Made by a program: the position numbers and the translations under genes. A stretch of DNA of 64,000 bases from an uncultured bacterium (GTDB taxonomy: Bacteria; Bacteroidota; Bacteroidia; Bacteroidales; CAIWKO01), in the NCBI GenBank assembly GCA_903862465.1, contig CAIOYH010000068.1, positions 280 to 64,279 on the forward strand, written 5' to 3'. The notes below the pieces were generated by a model. That model had not been told where the DNA came from and did not search any database. It saw nothing but the letters and a program-made list of their open reading frames with translations. Shown here in pieces: positions 61,634 through 64,000 of the stretch (position 1 is the first letter of the stretch; each line of letters opens with the position of its first letter).

Positions 61634-61840
61634 GCGAATTGTTCTATTGTTGAATTGTTAATCGGTTAATTTATGAAATAGGCAAGGGCTAGGAGATAAC
61701 TAGGACTGAGGTTGGAACCTTAGTTCAACAGGAAATTTACTTTTTTATCGTCGGCCAACCCCTGAACTAACAGTACGTTTTTGCCCTGTGTTTGTTTTAT
61801 TATTAAATATATTTACAACACCAACCAAGCATATTTCAAT

Positions 61841-62110
61841 TTACCCATTAGGGAATTGAACCTTCTTTATTAATTCTCTTATTTCAGGGTTTAAAGGCAA
61901 AATATCATCAAGTAATATTTTATGAATAAACCTAGGTTTGGTTTCAAAACCAAAATAAAAATTGACGGTGTTCCTTTTGAAAATAATTACCTCTTTTAGT
62001 ATTTTTGAATTGTCTGATGAAATCCGAAAAGAATTGCCAATTAATTTTTCAAATTCAAGTTTCAATTTATCAACAAATTCTTCATTAATCTTATTATTAT
62101 ATATTTTCAT
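61841..62110 (-). CDS. hypothetical small protein (89 aa)
   Basis: ATG start, visibly AT-rich, no signal peptide, no motif recognised. Confidence 0.4.
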   Translation of the reverse strand: MKIYNNKINEEFVDKLKLEFEKLIGNSFRISSDNSKILKEVIIFKRNTVNFYFGFETKPRFIHKILLDDILPLNPEIRELIKKVQFPNG

Positions 62111-62148
62111 GGCGTAATTTGTTTAAAACGTTTGCAATGCACATATCA

Positions 62149-62520
62149 TTATTTTATCTTTTTTATATAATCAAGATTATTCACATCTACAGTATTTAAA
62201 AGAAGATTGGCGTTAAGTTGTTTAAATGTTTTTTCAAAATTTTTGTAACTTTCACAAACATCAATTTTAACGATAGGAAGGCGGCCATTATTTTCTTGTT
62301 TGTATTTTTCTGCGATAACAAGATCTATGCAAAAAAATGACAAGTAGAAAAAATTATTTTCTCCACAATAAACCTCAAAACCAATAGGCTCAAAACATTT
62401 AATATCAATGCCTCTTTCTTTGGCATAATCTAAAAATTCATGTCGTGTCCCCTTTTTAAAATCAAATGCAATGGTGCCTACCATGTCATTGTAAGTTGTG
62501 TTTGCTTTAATTTGTTTCAT
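62149..62520 (-). CDS. hypothetical small cytoplasmic protein (123 aa)
   Basis: ATG start, visibly AT-rich, no signal peptide, no motif recognised. Confidence 0.45.
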   Translation of the reverse strand: MKQIKANTTYNDMVGTIAFDFKKGTRHEFLDYAKERGIDIKCFEPIGFEVYCGENNFFYLSFFCIDLVIAEKYKQENNGRLPIVKIDVCESYKNFEKTFKQLNANLLLNTVDVNNLDYIKKIK

Positions 62521-62697
62521 TCTGTATTGTATTTAATTGTTAATATTACAAAGATAAATATAAAGAATTTATAAAACAAATTTTCTCAATAAATAGAAAA
62601 AAATAATGTGCGAAATAATTTTCTAATAACAAATAATGATTAAATGTTTTAGAAAGAAGGAATTTTAATAATTGCTAGTCGTGTAAATCAAAAGAAA

Positions 62698-63945
62698 TTA
62701 ATTTACTTCAATTATAAAAACAAAGTTTTTAATTAGTTTTACTTGCTCTGTTAGTGGTTTTGTCATTAAGCTATTCAACGTTGGTAAAAGAGGCTTTGTT
62801 GTTAGCGATTCAATCAGATTTATAAGATAACTCGATTTAACTGCATAGGTTGCACTCTCAGCTTGGACATGCTTTGCATTTACAACCCCGATTAAATAAC
62901 CATTTTTATCAAACAATGGACCACCACTGTTTCCAGGTTGTGCAGCAGCTGATATTTGATATGATGTAATATCGCCTGTATAACCGGATTTCGCGCTAAT
63001 AATTCCATTTGTCAATTTAACTTCATCGCCCATAGTCGCCGTTAAAGGGAACCCCATTATATAAATATTTGAACCTACATCAGAGGACGAAGTTTTAATA
63101 GTATATGGAATTGTACCAAAACTTGAAAAGGAAGCGTCTTTAATTTTTAATATTGCAAGGTCATTATTTTTATCTGTTGCAATAACAGAAGCAACATACT
63201 CCTTGTTAAAATCACCATTAATTCCCTTGACTTTTATGTTTGATGAGCCTTCAATTACATGATTGCAAGTTACTATAAAACCATTTGAGGCAATAGCAAA
63301 TCCAGTTCCTGTTGAAGGAGTTTTTTTAGTTTCTACATTCGGTATTACAACAGTTTTTGCTTCATTGTAATCTGAATATGTAGGGTATATTTTCATATCT
63401 TTAGCATCAACCTTGAAATAAAAATCCGTTGTTGCATAAAAATCATAAGAATAAGACAAAAGACCATTCTCTTGCAAATAAACATTATATGTCTTAGGTG
63501 AATTTCTTATTTCTGTTTTTGAATCTACATCATTTTGTACGAAAACATTGGGATAAGAAGTTTTTGACAATACACCAATTATGTCATATTCTTTACAACC
63601 CATGTCAGAAAAAGTAGTTGTGGCAGCATCTACAATAATCATATTGAATTTAGAATAATCATATTTATCTCTAATTAATGCATATTTGCAGCTCCCTTGT
63701 GTACTTGCTTTTTTATTGTTTATTGAAATAGTCATATTCATGGACCAAATTCCTTCAACTAGATCAATTGTTTTTATATTGCTCTTTAAATATTCTTTAA
63801 TTGATGTTTCCGTAAAGCCCGAAGACTTAAAGGTAATATAATTGTTATATATATAAATATCATTTGCATTCTGTGATTTTGCTATTATTGCTTGGAATGA
63901 CAGTAAAGTACATAACAACAATATTTTTTTTATTTTTTTCTTCAT
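62698..63945 (-). CDS. secreted trypsin-like (S1C/HtrA-like) serine protease with unassigned ~200-aa N-terminal domain
   Basis: Signal peptide MKKKIKKILLLCTLLSFQAIIA. Catalytic triad contexts TCNHVIEG (His), NDLAILKI (Asp) and GNSGGPLF (Ser). No PDZ domain is visible. Confidence 0.75.
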   Translation of the reverse strand: MKKKIKKILLLCTLLSFQAIIAKSQNANDIYIYNNYITFKSSGFTETSIKEYLKSNIKTIDLVEGIWSMNMTISINNKKASTQGSCKYALIRDKYDYSKFNMIIVDAATTTFSDMGCKEYDIIGVLSKTSYPNVFVQNDVDSKTEIRNSPKTYNVYLQENGLLSYSYDFYATTDFYFKVDAKDMKIYPTYSDYNEAKTVVIPNVETKKTPSTGTGFAIASNGFIVTCNHVIEGSSNIKVKGINGDFNKEYVASVIATDKNNDLAILKIKDASFSSFGTIPYTIKTSSSDVGSNIYIMGFPLTATMGDEVKLTNGIISAKSGYTGDITSYQISAAAQPGNSGGPLFDKNGYLIGVVNAKHVQAESATYAVKSSYLINLIESLTTKPLLPTLNSLMTKPLTEQVKLIKNFVFIIEVN

Positions 63946-64000
63946 TATACACGTTATTTATTGAGAAAAACACTACCAGGCTCTTCACGCTTGTACTGTT

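Noticed and set aside
61710-61770. Crossed complementarity GGTTGG..TTAGTTCA..CCAACC..TGAACTAA (pseudoknot-like) downstream of mutS
   Set aside because: The two short stems (6 and 8 bp) could arise by chance. I have no covariation data and no flanking promoter or terminator. It is noted only as a possible island boundary.

Overview
This is a chromosomal segment of a Bacteroidota-type genome. Supporting signs are low-to-moderate GC by eye, TAnnTTTG-type -7 boxes upstream of many genes, almost no Shine-Dalgarno sites, and a T9SS C-terminal sorting domain. I support about 45 CDSs. They include housekeeping genes: miaA, pgk, mutS, a short ssb-like gene, folK, sppA, manC, two TrmH/SpoU methyltransferases, and an MlaE/MlaF-like ABC pair with CvpA. 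There is a mannoside/N-glycan catabolic block (GH92, GH2 beta-mannosidase, GH20, ROK kinase, MFS sugar transporter). One 16-kb minus-strand gene (5348-21409) encodes a roughly 5350-aa mosaic surface protein with a T9SS sorting domain. I saw no rRNA, tRNA, CRISPR array, intact mobile element or recognisable defence-system hallmark gene (nuclease, helicase, methylase, reverse transcriptase, Cas). The unusual content lies in two accessory stretches, 21.4-27.2 kb and 49.6-52.3 kb, plus a visibly AT-rich three-gene module at 61.8-63.9 kb. Notable points are: (1) a co-directional locus running TPR sensor kinase, LuxR regulator, small orphan genes, degenerate receiver, giant adhesin, DUF5103 (T9SS-plug-like) protein; (2) three degenerate 21-bp tandem arrays, each open as a heptad-repeat ORF on the minus strand; (3) families of REP-like palindromes with a truncated IS200-like (RAYT-type) transposase remnant; (4) a duplicated promoter-plus-start-codon fragment; (5) two overlapping small lipoprotein genes below the ORF-track length cutoff. 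I cannot demonstrate a new biological system from sequence alone, and the candidates are ranked in the findings. All family assignments rest on motifs read by eye, because no database search was possible.
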